Assembly: GCA_965242525.1 (NCBI GenBank)
Contig: OZ251459.1
Span: 3,264,001 to 3,328,000 of the forward strand
Origin: an uncultured Candidatus Binatia bacterium
GTDB taxonomy: Bacteria > Desulfobacterota > Binatia > UBA9968 > JAJDTQ01
Direction: 5' to 3'
Length of the DNA stretch: 64,000 nucleotides
The position numbers and the translations under genes were made by a program. This document shows, in pieces, positions 10,002 through 21,345 of this stretch (position 1 is its first letter; each line of letters opens with the position of its first letter). Under the pieces are notes generated by a model that had not been told where the DNA came from, ran no database searches, and saw only the letters and a list, made by a program, of their open reading frames with translations.

Positions 10002-10054
10002 GAGCGCGAGCCGCCCGGGCCGTGGCGCCCGCAGCCCTCCACGACGTCCCTGTC

Positions 10055-10222
10055 GATGTGGCTGGCGGTCGCCGCCGGGCCGTGCGCGCCTTGGCCCTGG
10101 CGTGTGCTGCCGCGGCGGACGATGTGGCTGGCCATCACCGCCGGGCCATGCGCACCGATGAACCGGACGACGCCGTCGGCCACGATGATGCGGCTGGCCA
10201 TCGCCTCCGGGCCGTGTGCGCC
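10055..10222. repeat. Three 36-bp imperfect repeats with unique 30-bp spacers (66-bp period)
   Basis: GATGTGGCTGGCCATCGCCGCCGGGCCGTGCGCGCC-like units at 10055, 10121, 10187. Confidence 0.75.
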
Positions 10223-10301
10223 CGCGGCCCTCGATCCTGCCCCGGGCGATGTACTCGTGTCCCCGGCCCCGCCGGTCACCGTCACAGCCAAGCGGCCATC
10301 C

Positions 10302-10721
10302 TCAGACCCTGCCCCAGGCGATGCACCGGAGCGCCCGGATCTGGATCACCGGCCTCCGGTCCAGGGCCATCTCCCGGTACTGCGGGTACTTCCGGCGCAG
10401 CAGCCGGACGGCCTTTCGGTGGGTCTCGCCGCGCACGAGGACCCGGGCCCTGCCCTGAATGACCACGTGGGCCAACCGGGACCAGTCCTCGTCGTCGTAG
10501 CGGTGCACCACCACCGACACCCGCGGGTTCGCCCGGATGTTGCGGATCCTCTTGAGGTCCCGGGGCGCGGCCGACTTGGGCTTCTCGTCGATGGGCGAGT
10601 ACAGCGACTCCCCGTCGAAGGCAAAGCAGAAGGGCAGGTTCAGCGGCTGCCCTTCCTCGTCCACCGTCGCCAGATGGCCCACCCGCGCCCGGCGCACGAA
10701 CGCCGCCTCCCTGCGGGTCAC
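10302..10721 (-). CDS. PPOX-class putative F420-dependent oxidoreductase (Rv0121-like)
   Basis: RARVGHLATVD, IDEKPKS, LKRIRNIRANPRVSVVVHRYDDEDWSRL, LRRKYPQY; start uncertain. Confidence 0.85.
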   Translation of the reverse strand: MTRREAAFVRRARVGHLATVDEEGQPLNLPFCFAFDGESLYSPIDEKPKSAAPRDLKRIRNIRANPRVSVVVHRYDDEDWSRLAHVVIQGRARVLVRGETHRKAVRLLRRKYPQYREMALDRRPVIQIRALRCIAWGRV

Positions 10722-10772
10722 GGCCGCACCGCCCGAACCAGCCGCCGCATGTCCGCTGAGGCAACTCCGAAC

Positions 10773-11191
10773 GGCGCTTTCGGAATTCGTGTGGGTTGCG
10801 ACACTCCCTATCCCGTCATCCCGCGAAAGCCATCCCTCGTCATTCCCGCGAAAACCCCGCCTCGTCATTTCACCGCAGCCGCCCACCCCTCGTCATTCCC
10901 GCGAAAGCGGGAATCCAGACCTTGCGAGCAAACCCAGAGTGCCCTGTATGAGAGGTTTGTACAACGAGAGCGAGGAAAACCGGATGGATTCCCGCTTTCG
11001 CGGGAATGACGAGGTGCGGGCGTCTGCGGGAATGACGGGAGTGGGCGTCTGCGGGCGAGGTGCGGGCGTCTGCGGGAATGACGAGGAGTGGGCGGCTGCG
11101 GAGCAATGATGGCGTGACCCCAGCAATGATGGCGTGATCCCTTTCGCTCCCCTTTCCCTCCTGACTTACCCACACGAAAGCCTGAAGATCC
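10773..11191. mobile_element. Family B element, empty (no cargo gene)
   Basis: Inverted end motifs at 10773 and 11169-11191; inverted CGTCATTCCCGCGAAAGCGGGAATCC hairpins at 10891 and 10986-11011 separated by ~70 bp. Confidence 0.8.
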
Positions 11192-11224
11192 CTCTGAAAG
11201 CCATCCGGACAATCGAGTCTTCTC

Positions 11225-11295
11225 CCCGTTCGTCCTGAGCGTTCGCCCCTCTCCCCGTTCGTCCTGAGCGTAGCGTAGCGAAGTCGAAGGACGCG
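11225..11295. repeat. Family A REP core with partial duplication
   Basis: CCCGTTCGTCCTGAGCGT twice, then AGCGAAGTCGAAGGACGC. Confidence 0.85.
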
Positions 11296-11329
11296 CTCTC
11301 GACCGGACGTTCCCTGATTCGAACAGGCG

Positions 11330-12325
11330 TCAGAGCTTGTACTCGTCCACCAGCGTAGGCGCGAACAGTTCGTCCACCGCGGGGGTCCGGTCTCCCAGCA
11401 GGCCCTGCTCTCCCATGTAGCGGATCAGCGCCTCGATGACGTGGCGGTTGGGCTCGATGCCGTAAGGCCACCAGTCTTCGCCGAAGACCTCCCGGAGGAG
11501 TGCGACCTCCGCCTGGAGCCAGGGCAGGGTGCTGGCCATGGTGTTGTCGATGTCCATGCGCGCGATGGCGTCGGCCTTGGACTGGCGGAACGCGGTGTAC
11601 AGGCTCCGGGCAACCCACGGGTTGGCCTCGTACACGTCGTTGCGGATGACGATGGTGTGCATGATGGGGAAGATCTTCGTGCGCCGGTAGTAGTCGATCT
11701 CCACGGCCTTGAAGTCCGGGAACAGGCGGCGGACGTGCGGCGCCCCCGCGGCGAAGCACGAGGGGATGCGGGCGGTGACCAGGGCGTCGATCTCCCCCTG
11801 CTCCAGCATGGAGTTCAGGGTCCGGTCCTGGGGGATGGGCTGCACCTTGATCTCCGGCGGCAGCCTCAGTTCGATGCGCTCCTTCCGCCCCGGCGCTTCC
11901 TGGCCGCCCACGAACCAGTCCACGTCCCTGGCGGCGACTCCGTGGTCGTCGCTCAGGAAACCGCGTATCCACACCGCCGCGGTGATGGAGTACTCCGGCA
12001 GGCCCACGCGCTTGCCGTGCAGGTCCTCGGGTTTGTCCAGGCCCCCGCGGGTGTTGATGAACACGCACGAGTGGCGGAAGTAGCGCGACGGGAAGATGGG
12101 GATGGCGATGAACGGGCTGACGCCCCGTGAGGTCCACGTGATGTAGTTCGCCAGGGACATCTCGGAGGCGTGGAACTCCCGGTGGTTCCCCATGCGCCAG
12201 AATATCTCCTCGGCCTGCATGGGCAGGTAGTTGAGGGAGACGCCGTCGGGCTCGAGCGAACCGTCCTGCAGCGTCTTGGTGCGGTCGTAGTCGCCGCATG
12301 CCAACGTCATGTGCAACTTTGCCAT
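11330..12325 (-). CDS. 4,5-dihydroxyphthalate decarboxylase-like / periplasmic-binding-fold protein
   Basis: LACGDYDRT, EEIFWRM, SEMSLA, FPSRYFRHS, IFPIMH, WPYGIEPNR. Confidence 0.85.
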   Translation of the reverse strand: MAKLHMTLACGDYDRTKTLQDGSLEPDGVSLNYLPMQAEEIFWRMGNHREFHASEMSLANYITWTSRGVSPFIAIPIFPSRYFRHSCVFINTRGGLDKPEDLHGKRVGLPEYSITAAVWIRGFLSDDHGVAARDVDWFVGGQEAPGRKERIELRLPPEIKVQPIPQDRTLNSMLEQGEIDALVTARIPSCFAAGAPHVRRLFPDFKAVEIDYYRRTKIFPIMHTIVIRNDVYEANPWVARSLYTAFRQSKADAIARMDIDNTMASTLPWLQAEVALLREVFGEDWWPYGIEPNRHVIEALIRYMGEQGLLGDRTPAVDELFAPTLVDEYKL

Positions 12326-12397
12326 GGCAATGCTCCTTGCTTGCGCGCGGGCCGGGCGGACGCAGCCCCGGTCCCGCCCGTTCCGCGCGCGAGTCTG

Positions 12398-13702
12398 CTA
12401 ACCCTCCACCTTGTGGATCACCAGCCCCGTGACCAGCTTGGGGAAGAAGTAGGTGGACTTCTGGGGCATCTTGTCCCCCTTGAGGGAGACTTCCATCATC
12501 TCGCGGGCGCTCGGCGGGTTCAGGAGGAAGGCGGCTCGGCAGCCGCCCCTTTCCGCTTGGTCCAGGGCGTCTTCGGCGTCGTGGGTGTAGGCCACGGCGT
12601 CGGTGTTGACCGCGTCCCGGGTGGACACGCCGAGGACGTGCTCCATGAGCAGCACGTGCAGGGTGGTGACGTCCAGGCCGCGCAGCTCGGGACCCATGCC
12701 GGGCGCCAGCCGTTGCAGGGTCTTCCGGTTCCTGAGCCGCAGCACGAGGTAGCGCGGGTCTCCCTCGAAGCACGCGCCGATGAGGCGCTGGCCGCGCTTG
12801 GGACCGCGCAGCGTCGCGAGGAACTGCCGGCGTCCGTCACGGTTCCTGGGGAACGGCTCCACGTGGAAGTACTGCTGCAAGCGCTCCTCCAGATCCCGGA
12901 ACGGCAACCGGGGCATTTCCCGCACCAGCCGGTGCGTGGGCAGTATGACCACGCCTTCCTCCTCGAGGTTGGCGAAGTACATCATCACCCGGTCGAACCC
13001 CCGGTTCCCGGAACCGCCGCGTCCTTCCGCCAGGCGTCGGTTGCGGTAGCCGGAGGCGGCTTCGTAGCGGTGGTGCCCGTCGGCGATGAAGACCGCCCGC
13101 TCGCTCATGGCGTCCTGCGCCATGGCGATGAGGCCGGGGTCGGTGACCGCCCAGAGCCTGGACACGCCGTACTCGCCCAACCGGGCTTCCGCCTTGGGCT
13201 TGCGGGAGGCTGCGTGCTCGCTCAGCGCCCGGGTCAGCGCGGGCTTCTTGTCCGTATAGACGGACAGGATAGAACTGAACTGGGCGTCGCACGCGAGCAT
13301 CAGCTTCAGGCGGTCTTCCCGGGGCTCGGCCAGGGTAGCCTCGTGGCCGTGGATGCCGCCGCTGCCGAAGTCCTCGATGGCGGCCAGCGCGATGAAGCCG
13401 CGCCGCTCCCTCGGAACCCCGTCCTCCAGCCGGTACTCCTGGCTCAGGTAGTAGATGGCCGGGGCCTCTTCCGGCACGAGGACGCCCTGGTCCTGCCACT
13501 CCCGGAACCGCCGCGGCACCGCCTCGTAAGGGTCGGCGTCGCGGCAGAAGTCCAGGCGCACCACGTTGTGCGGCGAGCGGTCGTAGAGTTCTTGCTGCTG
13601 CTCCGGCGAGATGACGTCGTAGGGCGGGGCCACCACCCGGGAGAGGTCGCGGACCTTCCGCTGGTCGTAGGCGAGGCCCCGGAAGGGAAAGATCCTGGCC
13701 AT
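12398..13702 (-). CDS. DUF1015 family protein
   Basis: [34 protein letters not shown]. Confidence 0.92.
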   Translation of the reverse strand: MARIFPFRGLAYDQRKVRDLSRVVAPPYDVISPEQQQELYDRSPHNVVRLDFCRDADPYEAVPRRFREWQDQGVLVPEEAPAIYYLSQEYRLEDGVPRERRGFIALAAIEDFGSGGIHGHEATLAEPREDRLKLMLACDAQFSSILSVYTDKKPALTRALSEHAASRKPKAEARLGEYGVSRLWAVTDPGLIAMAQDAMSERAVFIADGHHRYEAASGYRNRRLAEGRGGSGNRGFDRVMMYFANLEEEGVVILPTHRLVREMPRLPFRDLEERLQQYFHVEPFPRNRDGRRQFLATLRGPKRGQRLIGACFEGDPRYLVLRLRNRKTLQRLAPGMGPELRGLDVTTLHVLLMEHVLGVSTRDAVNTDAVAYTHDAEDALDQAERGGCRAAFLLNPPSAREMMEVSLKGDKMPQKSTYFFPKLVTGLVIHKVEG

Positions 13703-13729
13703 GTGCGCCCTTCTCCGATGCGCGCAGGT

Positions 13730-14242
13730 TCAGGACTTCAGGCTGTCCTGGAGCTGCCGGTCCTTGGCCTCGACCCCCGCGGCCATCTCTTCCTTGAAAC
13801 GGACGAGCTTTTCCGCCAACTCGGGGTCCTTGCGGGCGATGATCTGGGCCGCGAAGATGCCCGCGTTGGCGGCCCCGCCCTTGCCGATGGCCATGGTGGC
13901 CACCGGGACCCCCGCGGGCATCTGCACCGTGGCCAGGAGCGCGTCCATGCCGTCAAGGGCGGACGCGTTCAGCGGCACGCCGATGACCGGGAGCGTGGTC
14001 ACGCCCGCCACCACCCCCGCCAGATGGGCGGCGGCGCCGGCGCCCACGATGAACGCCTCAATGCCCCGGTCGGCGGCTCCCTTGGCGTAGTCATGGGTCC
14101 GGGCGGGAGAGCGGTGCGCCGACGATATGTGCATCTCGTAGGGGATGCCGAAGGATTCGAGCCGCGCCGCGGCCTCCTTCATCACCGGGACGTCGGAATC
14201 GCTGCCCATGAGGATCGCTACTTTCGGGGTCTGCTGCGGCAC
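13730..14242 (-). CDS. purE: N5-CAIR mutase
   Basis: [32 protein letters not shown]. Confidence 0.97.
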   Translation of the reverse strand: MPQQTPKVAILMGSDSDVPVMKEAAARLESFGIPYEMHISSAHRSPARTHDYAKGAADRGIEAFIVGAGAAAHLAGVVAGVTTLPVIGVPLNASALDGMDALLATVQMPAGVPVATMAIGKGGAANAGIFAAQIIARKDPELAEKLVRFKEEMAAGVEAKDRQLQDSLKS

Positions 14243-14262
14243 GATGTGCTCCTTCCTTTGCT

Positions 14263-14368
14263 GGAATCTCCGAACAATTCGACCATCCTATCCCCGTTCG
14301 TCCTGAGCGTAGCGAAGCGAAGTCGAAGGACGCGCTCATGCCCCCTGTCCCGATTGTTCCGAGGTTCC
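14263..14368. mobile_element. Family A MITE (internally deleted) between purD and purE
   Basis: GGAATCTCCGAACAAT...ATTGTTCCGAGGTTCC with REP core. Confidence 0.85.
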
Positions 14369-14373
14369 GTGTT

Positions 14374-15657
14374 TCAATTCGTTCCTTCGCCGCGCTCCAC
14401 CGCGCGCCGGGCGATGTCCCGGCGGTAGTGCATACCGTCCCAGCCGAGCTTGCCCACGCCGTCGTAGGCCTCCCGGGCGGCAGCGGCGATGGTGTCGCCC
14501 ACCGCGGTGACTCCCAGGACGCGGCCGCCCCGGGTGAACCAGCGGCCGCCCTCGAAGGCGGTCCCGGCGTGGAACGCGACCCCCCGGGGCCAGGAGCCGA
14601 GCCGGTCGAGTCCGGTGATCTCCGCGCCGGTCCGGTACTCCCCGGGATAGCCCCCGGAGGCGAGCACGACGCAGACCGCGGCCGAGTCCAGCCACTCGAC
14701 TTCCGCCTCCCGGAGCCTGCCCTCGGCCACGGCCAAGAGCAGCGGGACCAGGTCCGTCTTGAGACGCATCATCAGGGGCTGGCATTCGGGGTCGCCGAAC
14801 CGGACGTTGAACTCCAGCACCTTGGGTCCGTCCTCAGTGACCATGAGCCCGGCGTAGAGGACGCCCCGATAGACCAAGCCGCGGCGCGCGAGTCCGGCCG
14901 CCAAGGGCTTCAGCACCCGTTGGACCACTGCGTCGTGCACCGCGTCGTCCACCACCGGGGCCGGGGAATAGGCGCCCATGCCGCCGGTGTTGGGTCCCTC
15001 GTCGTGGTCGAACACGCGCTTGTGGTCCTGAGCCGACGCCAGCGGGAGGAACTCGTCGCCGTCCACCAGCGCGGTGAAGGAGGCTTCCTCGCCCACGAGC
15101 CTCTCCTCGATGACCACCCGGTCGCCGGCAGCGCCGAATACCCTTCGACCCATGATGGCGTCGAGGGCGGCCCGGGCTTCCGCCCTGCCGGAACACACCG
15201 CCACCCCCTTGCCCGCGGCCAAACCGTCCGCCTTGACCACGCAGGGCCGGTCCCGGTCCACGTACTTCCCGGCCTCGTCCGGGTCCGTGAAGACCTCACA
15301 GGCCGCGGTGGGGATGCCGTTCTCCAGCATCAGTTCCTTGGCGAACGCCTTGCTGCCCTCCAGCCGGGCGGCCTCGCGGTTGGGTCCGAACAGCTTGAGG
15401 CCCCTGCCCTCGAACAGGTCGCCGATGCCCAGGACCAGCGGCAACTCCGGCCCCACCACCGTGAGGTCGATGGCCTCCCGGGCGGCGAAGTCCGCCAGCT
15501 TCTCGACCTCCGCGGCGCCGATGTCCACGAGCGTCGCCTCCCGGCGGATGCCGGCGCTGCCCGGAGCGCAGTACACCCGGTCCACCAGCGGGCTTTGGCG
15601 GAGCTTCCACGCCAGCGCATGTTCCCGCCCCCCACTGCCAATGACCAGGACCTTCAT
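14374..15657 (-). CDS. purD: Phosphoribosylamine-glycine ligase
   Basis: GSGGREHALAW, KADGLAAGKGV, QDHKR, GPNTGGMGAY, EFNVRFGDPE. Confidence 0.98.
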   Translation of the reverse strand: MKVLVIGSGGREHALAWKLRQSPLVDRVYCAPGSAGIRREATLVDIGAAEVEKLADFAAREAIDLTVVGPELPLVLGIGDLFEGRGLKLFGPNREAARLEGSKAFAKELMLENGIPTAACEVFTDPDEAGKYVDRDRPCVVKADGLAAGKGVAVCSGRAEARAALDAIMGRRVFGAAGDRVVIEERLVGEEASFTALVDGDEFLPLASAQDHKRVFDHDEGPNTGGMGAYSPAPVVDDAVHDAVVQRVLKPLAAGLARRGLVYRGVLYAGLMVTEDGPKVLEFNVRFGDPECQPLMMRLKTDLVPLLLAVAEGRLREAEVEWLDSAAVCVVLASGGYPGEYRTGAEITGLDRLGSWPRGVAFHAGTAFEGGRWFTRGGRVLGVTAVGDTIAAAAREAYDGVGKLGWDGMHYRRDIARRAVERGEGTN

Positions 15658-15676
15658 GCTTCCCTTGGGAAAACCC

Positions 15677-15878
15677 GTCCTTCGACTTCGCTTCGCTACG
15701 CTCAGGACGAACGGTGTGGTTGCTCAGGGCTCCCTGTGGAACCGCTGAACAACCGAGACATCCAGGACAGCTTCCCGATTCCCTCGCCCTGACACTCCTA
15801 TCCCCGTTCGTCCTGAGCGTAGCGAAGCGAAGTCGAAGGACGCGCTCATGCCCCCTGTGCCGGTTGTCCGGGGTTTCC
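15677..15878. mobile_element. Family A REP core (15677-15714) plus full 141-bp MITE (15738-15878) between purH and purD
   Basis: Two oppositely oriented cores; MITE end overlaps the purH TAG. Confidence 0.87.
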
Positions 15879-17452
15879 TAGTGCCTGAAATGCCGGATGC
15901 CGGTGAAGATCATGGCGAGGCCGTGTTCGTCGGCTGCGGCGATGACCTCCGGGTCGCGGATGGAGCCTCCCGGTTGTATGACCGCGCGCGCGCCTGCGGC
16001 CGCGGCTGCGTCCACCCCGTCGCGAAAGGGGTAGAAGGCGTCGGAGGCCACCGCGGACCCCGCCAGGTCCAGCCCGTGGGTCCCGGCCCGGGTGACCGCG
16101 AGGTTGGCGGAATCCACCCGGCTCATCTGGCCTGCGCCCACCCCGAGCAACTGGTCCCGCGACGCGAACACGATGGCGTTGGACTTCACGTGGCGGCACA
16201 CCCGCCAGGCGAACCCCAGCGCCCGGTACTCGTCCTCCGTGGGCCGCCGCTCGGTGACCACCTTGCACTCCCTCACGTCCAGAGGCCGGTGGTCCCAGTC
16301 CTGGACCAGCACCCCGCCGCGGACCCGGCGCAGGTCCCGGGCGCCGTCCTCGGCCGGCGTCATGTCGATCTCCAGCAGGCGGACGTTGAGGAGCCGCTTG
16401 GCGGACGACAGCACCTCCCTGGCTTCCGGCGTGAACGACGGGGCGATGACGATCTCCAGGAAGATCTCCTTCAACTCGCGGGCCGTCTCCGCGTCCACCG
16501 GACGGTTCAGGGCGATGACGCCGCCGAAGATGGACACCGGGTCCCCGTCCCGGGCCTTGCGGAAGGCGTCCGCCAGGGAGACGTCGGAAGTGGCCAGGCC
16601 GCAGGGGTTGGTGTGCTTGACGGCCACCGCCGCGGTCTCCGGGAAGTCCAGCACCGCGCCCAGGGCGGCGTCCGCGTCAAGGATGTTGTTGAACGAGAGC
16701 TGCTTGCCCTGGACCTGCTTCGCACGGGCCACCGAAGGGCCTTGGGCGTCGGAGGACGCGTAGAACGCCGCGCCCTGGTGCGGGTTCTCCCCGTAGCGCA
16801 GTTCCTGGAGCCTGGAGAGCTGGAGGTTCAGTTTTTCGCCCCAGGCCCCCGCCTTCTTCTCCCGGTCGAGCCGGCCCAGGTAGTTGGAGACGGCGCCGTC
16901 GTAACGCGCCGTGTAGTGGAAGGCTTGGCGCGCTAGGCGAAACCGGGTGTCCCTCGACAACTCGCCGCGGCCGGCCGCGAGTTCTTCGGCCACCGGGGCG
17001 TAGTCCGACGGGTCCACCACCACCGCCACGTGCGCATGGTTCTTGGCCGCGGCGCGGATCATCGCGGGGCCGCCGATGTCGATCTGCTCGATGACTTCGT
17101 CGAAGGGCGCCCCGCTGGCCGCGGTGGCCTCGAACGGATAGAGGTTCGCCACCACCAGGTCGATGGGGCCGATGCCCAGTTCCTCCATGGCGGCCCGGTG
17201 CCCGGGCCGGTCCCGGAGGGCCAGGATGCCGCCGTGGATCTTGGGGTGGAGGGTCTTGACCCGGCCGTCCATGATCTCCGGGAAGCCGGTGGCGTCCGCG
17301 ACCTCGGTGACTTCCACCCGGTTGTCCCGCAGCAGCGCCGCGGTGCCGCCGGTGGACAGGATCTCGACGCCCAGCCCCGCCAGCGTCCGGGCGAAATCCA
17401 CGAGGCCGTCCTTGTCGGATACGCTCAGCAACGCCCTTTCAACCTTGCCCAA
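15878..17452 (-). CDS. purH: Bifunctional AICAR transformylase/IMP cyclohydrolase
   Basis: [39 protein letters not shown]; probable TTG start overlapping alr end. Confidence 0.97.
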   Translation of the reverse strand: MGKVERALLSVSDKDGLVDFARTLAGLGVEILSTGGTAALLRDNRVEVTEVADATGFPEIMDGRVKTLHPKIHGGILALRDRPGHRAAMEELGIGPIDLVVANLYPFEATAASGAPFDEVIEQIDIGGPAMIRAAAKNHAHVAVVVDPSDYAPVAEELAAGRGELSRDTRFRLARQAFHYTARYDGAVSNYLGRLDREKKAGAWGEKLNLQLSRLQELRYGENPHQGAAFYASSDAQGPSVARAKQVQGKQLSFNNILDADAALGAVLDFPETAAVAVKHTNPCGLATSDVSLADAFRKARDGDPVSIFGGVIALNRPVDAETARELKEIFLEIVIAPSFTPEAREVLSSAKRLLNVRLLEIDMTPAEDGARDLRRVRGGVLVQDWDHRPLDVRECKVVTERRPTEDEYRALGFAWRVCRHVKSNAIVFASRDQLLGVGAGQMSRVDSANLAVTRAGTHGLDLAGSAVASDAFYPFRDGVDAAAAAGARAVIQPGGSIRDPEVIAAADEHGLAMIFTGIRHFRH

Positions 17453-18608
17453 GGGTGCCCCGTCCCTCCTTCTGCCGGATGTAGGCGCGTGGAATGCCCG
17501 GACTGATGGATGTGAGGACCTCGTAGGAGATCGTGTCCGCCCAGCCGGCCATCTCTTCCGCGGAGATGGCCTCGCCGCCCTGCGCCCCCAGCAGGACGAC
17601 CTCGTCCCCGGACTGGACACCGCCTATATCGGTAACGTCCACCATTGTCAAATCCATGGTCACGCGGCCCAGCACCGGCGCCCGCCGCCCCCGCACCAGC
17701 ACCGCGGCCTTGTTGGAGAGGGACCGTTTGTAGCCGGCCGCATAGCCCACGGGCAGGGCGGCGATGAGGCTCTCGCGCCGGGTCACGAAGGTTCCGCCGT
17801 AGCTCACCCGGAAGTTCCTGGGCACTTTCTTGAGTTGCAGCACGCGGGTCTTCCACGTGAGCACGGGGGTGAGGCGAATGCGCCCCGCCAGGGGCGGATG
17901 CGAGTATATGCCGTAGAGCATCCCGCCCGGGCGGACCGCGTCGAAGTGCGCTTCCGGCAGCCCGACCACGGCCGCGCTGTTGGCCATGTGGGCGAAGGCG
18001 GGCGCGTGGCCCTCGGCCCGGAGCCGCGCGAGGATGCGCCGGAAGGCGGCCAGTTGCCCGCGGCACGACGGCGAGTCGGGTTCCTCGGACTCGGCGAAGT
18101 GGGACATGATCCCGTGCAATTCCACCGCCCGGAGTCCGCGCAGCTCGGGCAGCCATTCCTCCACGCGGTCCGCCAGGAGTCCCAGGCGCCCCATGCCGGT
18201 ATCCACCTTGAGGTGGCACGCGATGCGCACCCCGCGTTGGGCGCCGAAGGCTTCCAGGCCCCGCAGGACCGGCAGGTTCGAGATGACGGGGGTCAGGGAA
18301 TGTTCGATGAGCGCGGCCGCGTCGTCCGGGTAGAGGCTGCCGAGGACCACCACGTCCGCGGCGAGGCCAGACCGCCTCAAGCGCGCGCCTTCCGCGATGT
18401 TGGCGACGCCGAAGCGCCGGACTCCGTGCCCGGCCAGCGCCCGGGCGGTCTCCACCGCGCCGTGGCCGTATGCGTCGTCCTTCACCACGGCCAGGACCTC
18501 CACCGCGGGTCCCACCCGGCCCCGAAGGGCGTCGAGGTTCGCACACAGGGCGGAAAGGTCCACCTGGCAGAAAGTATGTGCAGATTCGCTCGAAGGATTC
18601 TCGGTCAC
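17439..18608 (-). CDS. alr: Alanine racemase
   Basis: AVVKDDAYGHG, HLKVDTGMGRLG, VSYG, GRVTMD, TISYEVLT. Confidence 0.96.
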   Translation of the reverse strand: MTENPSSESAHTFCQVDLSALCANLDALRGRVGPAVEVLAVVKDDAYGHGAVETARALAGHGVRRFGVANIAEGARLRRSGLAADVVVLGSLYPDDAAALIEHSLTPVISNLPVLRGLEAFGAQRGVRIACHLKVDTGMGRLGLLADRVEEWLPELRGLRAVELHGIMSHFAESEEPDSPSCRGQLAAFRRILARLRAEGHAPAFAHMANSAAVVGLPEAHFDAVRPGGMLYGIYSHPPLAGRIRLTPVLTWKTRVLQLKKVPRNFRVSYGGTFVTRRESLIAALPVGYAAGYKRSLSNKAAVLVRGRRAPVLGRVTMDLTMVDVTDIGGVQSGDEVVLLGAQGGEAISAEEMAGWADTISYEVLTSISPGIPRAYIRQKEGRGTLGQG

Positions 18609-18639
18609 AGGCGCGGGACGAAGTCTTTCCGGGATCTCT

Positions 18640-18760
18640 CTCGTGGAAACTCTGGACGATCTCGTGGAAGCTCTGGACGATTACCCCCGTTCATCCTGAG
18701 CGTAGGAAACGAAGCCCCCCGTTCGTCCTGAGCGTAGCGAAGCGAAGTCGAAGGACGCGC
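18640..18760. repeat. Degenerate family A element with tandemly duplicated end (21-bp duplication) and duplicated core
   Basis: TCTCGTGGAARCTCTGGACGA x2, then CCGTTCRTCCTGAGCGTAG x2. Confidence 0.75.
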
Positions 18761-18852
18761 TTTCACCAACTCGTCCGCAGGATAACAGAACCCCGCACGC
18801 CGGGCCAACGAATCCCCATGCTCCAGGGGGATCTGCGTTGTCCGCACGGACC

Positions 18853-18895
18853 TTGACTTGCCAAAGGCCATCGGCTACTAATCATACTCATTACT
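18853..18895 (+). promoter_or_regulatory. Putative sigma70 promoter with overlapping Fur/PerR-like box
   Basis: TTGACT-17bp-TACTAA; ACTAATCATACTCATTACT matches 13/19 of the Fur consensus; Fur-family gene in the same operon. Confidence 0.6.
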
Positions 18896-18912
18896 GATAA
18901 GGAGGCTACCTT

Positions 18913-19359
<447 letters not shown>

Positions 19360-19379
19360 TTCGCCGGTCCGAAGGCGGT

Positions 19380-19432
19380 CTTCGCGCCCGGCCCCCGCGA
19401 GAGGCGTCTCGTGCGGGGCCGGGGCGCGAAGG
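19380..19432 (+). other. Intercistronic GC-rich stem-loop
   Basis: CTTCGCGCCCGGCCCCCGC...GCGGGGCCGGGGCGCGAAG; no U-tract. Confidence 0.55.
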
Positions 19433-19451
19433 CCCGCAAACCGACGCCCAC

Positions 19452-20030
19452 ATGGACAAGGTCAGCCTGAACGACATCATCGGGGCCGACGCCTACGAGG
19501 AGAAACGCGACTCCTTCCGGCGCGAGATCATCGAGCTCAAGAAGCATCGGCGGGTGGCGGTGGGGGACAAGGTCTCGCTGGTGTTCGAGAACCGGGCCAC
19601 GGTGATCTTCCAGATACAGGAGATGCTGCGGGCCGAGAGGATCCGCGACCTGGACAAGATCCGCGAGGAGATCGAGGTCTATAACGAGCTCATCCCGGAC
19701 CCCGGGGAGCTCAGGGCCACCCTGTTCCTGGAGATCGAGGACCAGACCCACCTGCGCCAGGAGTTGCTGAAGTTCCTGGGGATCGACGAGCGGGTCTTCC
19801 TCATGATCGGCGCCGACCACTCGGTGCGCGCCCGGTTCGAGGAAGGCCGCAGCAAGGAAGACAAGATCAGCGCGGTGCAGTACATCGCCTTTCGCCTCGC
19901 CCCCGAGGAGGCCGAAGCCCTGCGGGACCGGGACGCCAGGGTGGTGGTGGACCATGAGAACTACCGGGCGGAGGCGTTGCTGACGGACGCCGCCAAGGCG
20001 GAGCTGCTCCGCGACCTCGCCGCGGGATGA
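19452..20030 (+). CDS. DUF3501 family protein
   Basis: [38 protein letters not shown]; a usual rubrerythrin neighbour. Confidence 0.88.
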   Translation: MDKVSLNDIIGADAYEEKRDSFRREIIELKKHRRVAVGDKVSLVFENRATVIFQIQEMLRAERIRDLDKIREEIEVYNELIPDPGELRATLFLEIEDQTHLRQELLKFLGIDERVFLMIGADHSVRARFEEGRSKEDKISAVQYIAFRLAPEEAEALRDRDARVVVDHENYRAEALLTDAAKAELLRDLAAG

Positions 20031-20070
20031 CCCGCCGGACCCGCCCGGGGACAGGGTTCCGGGAACGCCC

Positions 20071-20445
20071 ATGACTACGAGACGCACCCGACAGCTCGAA
20101 GTGGTATGGGAGGCGCTGAAGGACGACGCCTCGCACCCCACCGCAGGCCAGATCTACGACCGGGTGCGCAAGGACCTTCCCAACATCAGCCTCGGCACGG
20201 TCTATCGCAACCTCCAGAAGCTCGCCGCGGACGGCAAGCTCCAAGTCCTCAACATCGAGCGCACCCGACACTTCGACCCGATCCTGGAAGAGCATCCGCA
20301 TTTCATTTGCGAAAGCTGTGGAAGGGTCTATGATGTGGCCTTGGAGACTCGGGAAGGAGCCGAGACCCCGCTCTTGCCCGACACGGGGTTCATGGTGACC
20401 GGCCAGCGGCTTTCCCTTTACGGGACTTGCGAGGTCTGTTCATGA
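20071..20445 (+). CDS. Fur/PerR family transcriptional repressor
   Basis: [30 protein letters not shown]. Confidence 0.94.
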   Translation: MTTRRTRQLEVVWEALKDDASHPTAGQIYDRVRKDLPNISLGTVYRNLQKLAADGKLQVLNIERTRHFDPILEEHPHFICESCGRVYDVALETREGAETPLLPDTGFMVTGQRLSLYGTCEVCS

Positions 20446-20487
20446 CGCCCTGAGGTATTTCGGTCGCGCCTGACCCGGGAGGGGGTT

Positions 20488-21321
20488 ATGACAAGATGGA
20501 GCGCCGCAAGTATCGTGCTCGGTCTCGCCGTCCTGCTGGGCGCCCGGTCGGCGGACGCCATTTGCAACCCCAACCTGGTCCGGTCCCTCGACCTGGGTCC
20601 CGACCTGGTGCGGGTCCAGGGCGCCAGGCTCGGTGAGTACCGCCTGCGCTGGTTCGGCCACTCGAGCTTCGCCATCCTTTCCGGCACCGGCACCCGGGTG
20701 GTTGCCGACCCCAACTTCGACGTGACCCCGGGGATCACCGCGGACGCGGTGACGGTGAGCAACAACCACTACACCCACAACAACGTGGAGGTGGTCCAGG
20801 GCAGTCCGCTGGTGCTGCGGGGCATCACCCTGGACCAGCGCTGGAACCCGGTGCGGAAGAAGGTGAAGGACATCCTGGTGGTGAACCTTCCCAGCAAGCG
20901 CAACTACGACTTCAGCCGCATCGCCAACTCCATCTTCGTCTATGAGTTGGGCAGCCTCTGCATCGCCCACATGGGCAACATCGGGCACCTGCTCACCGAC
21001 AAGCAACGGAAACTGCTGCGCCGGGTGGACATCATGATGATCCCCATCGACGCCCGCAACAACCTCGACTTCGCGGACCTGGTGAAGGTCATCGCCCAGG
21101 TCAACCCGCCCATCGTGATCCCCATGCACTACGACGACCCGCACCAGGCCCAGTACTTCGCCTCGTTCCTCGACGAACGCTACCCGGTCCGCTGGAAACT
21201 CGACTCCCGCCTCGTCCTCACCCGCAAGATGCTCCCCCGGAACACCGAAGTCTTCGTCCTGACCCACCCCAACCCGTATGCGGGAAGGGGGCGGTGGTCG
21301 GATTGGGATGAGGAGAATTGA
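20488..21321 (+). CDS. Secreted MBL-fold metallo-hydrolase
   Basis: Signal peptide, WFGHSSF, DP, SNNHYTHN, HMGNIGH, IPMHY. Confidence 0.85.
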   Translation: MTRWSAASIVLGLAVLLGARSADAICNPNLVRSLDLGPDLVRVQGARLGEYRLRWFGHSSFAILSGTGTRVVADPNFDVTPGITADAVTVSNNHYTHNNVEVVQGSPLVLRGITLDQRWNPVRKKVKDILVVNLPSKRNYDFSRIANSIFVYELGSLCIAHMGNIGHLLTDKQRKLLRRVDIMMIPIDARNNLDFADLVKVIAQVNPPIVIPMHYDDPHQAQYFASFLDERYPVRWKLDSRLVLTRKMLPRNTEVFVLTHPNPYAGRGRWSDWDEEN

Positions 21322-21345
21322 GGGGGGGGCTATTTTTCGCCTACA

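Noticed and set aside
10055-10222. Calling a bona fide CRISPR array
   Set aside because: Only three non-identical repeats, no leader and no cas genes; kept as an unexplained repeat.
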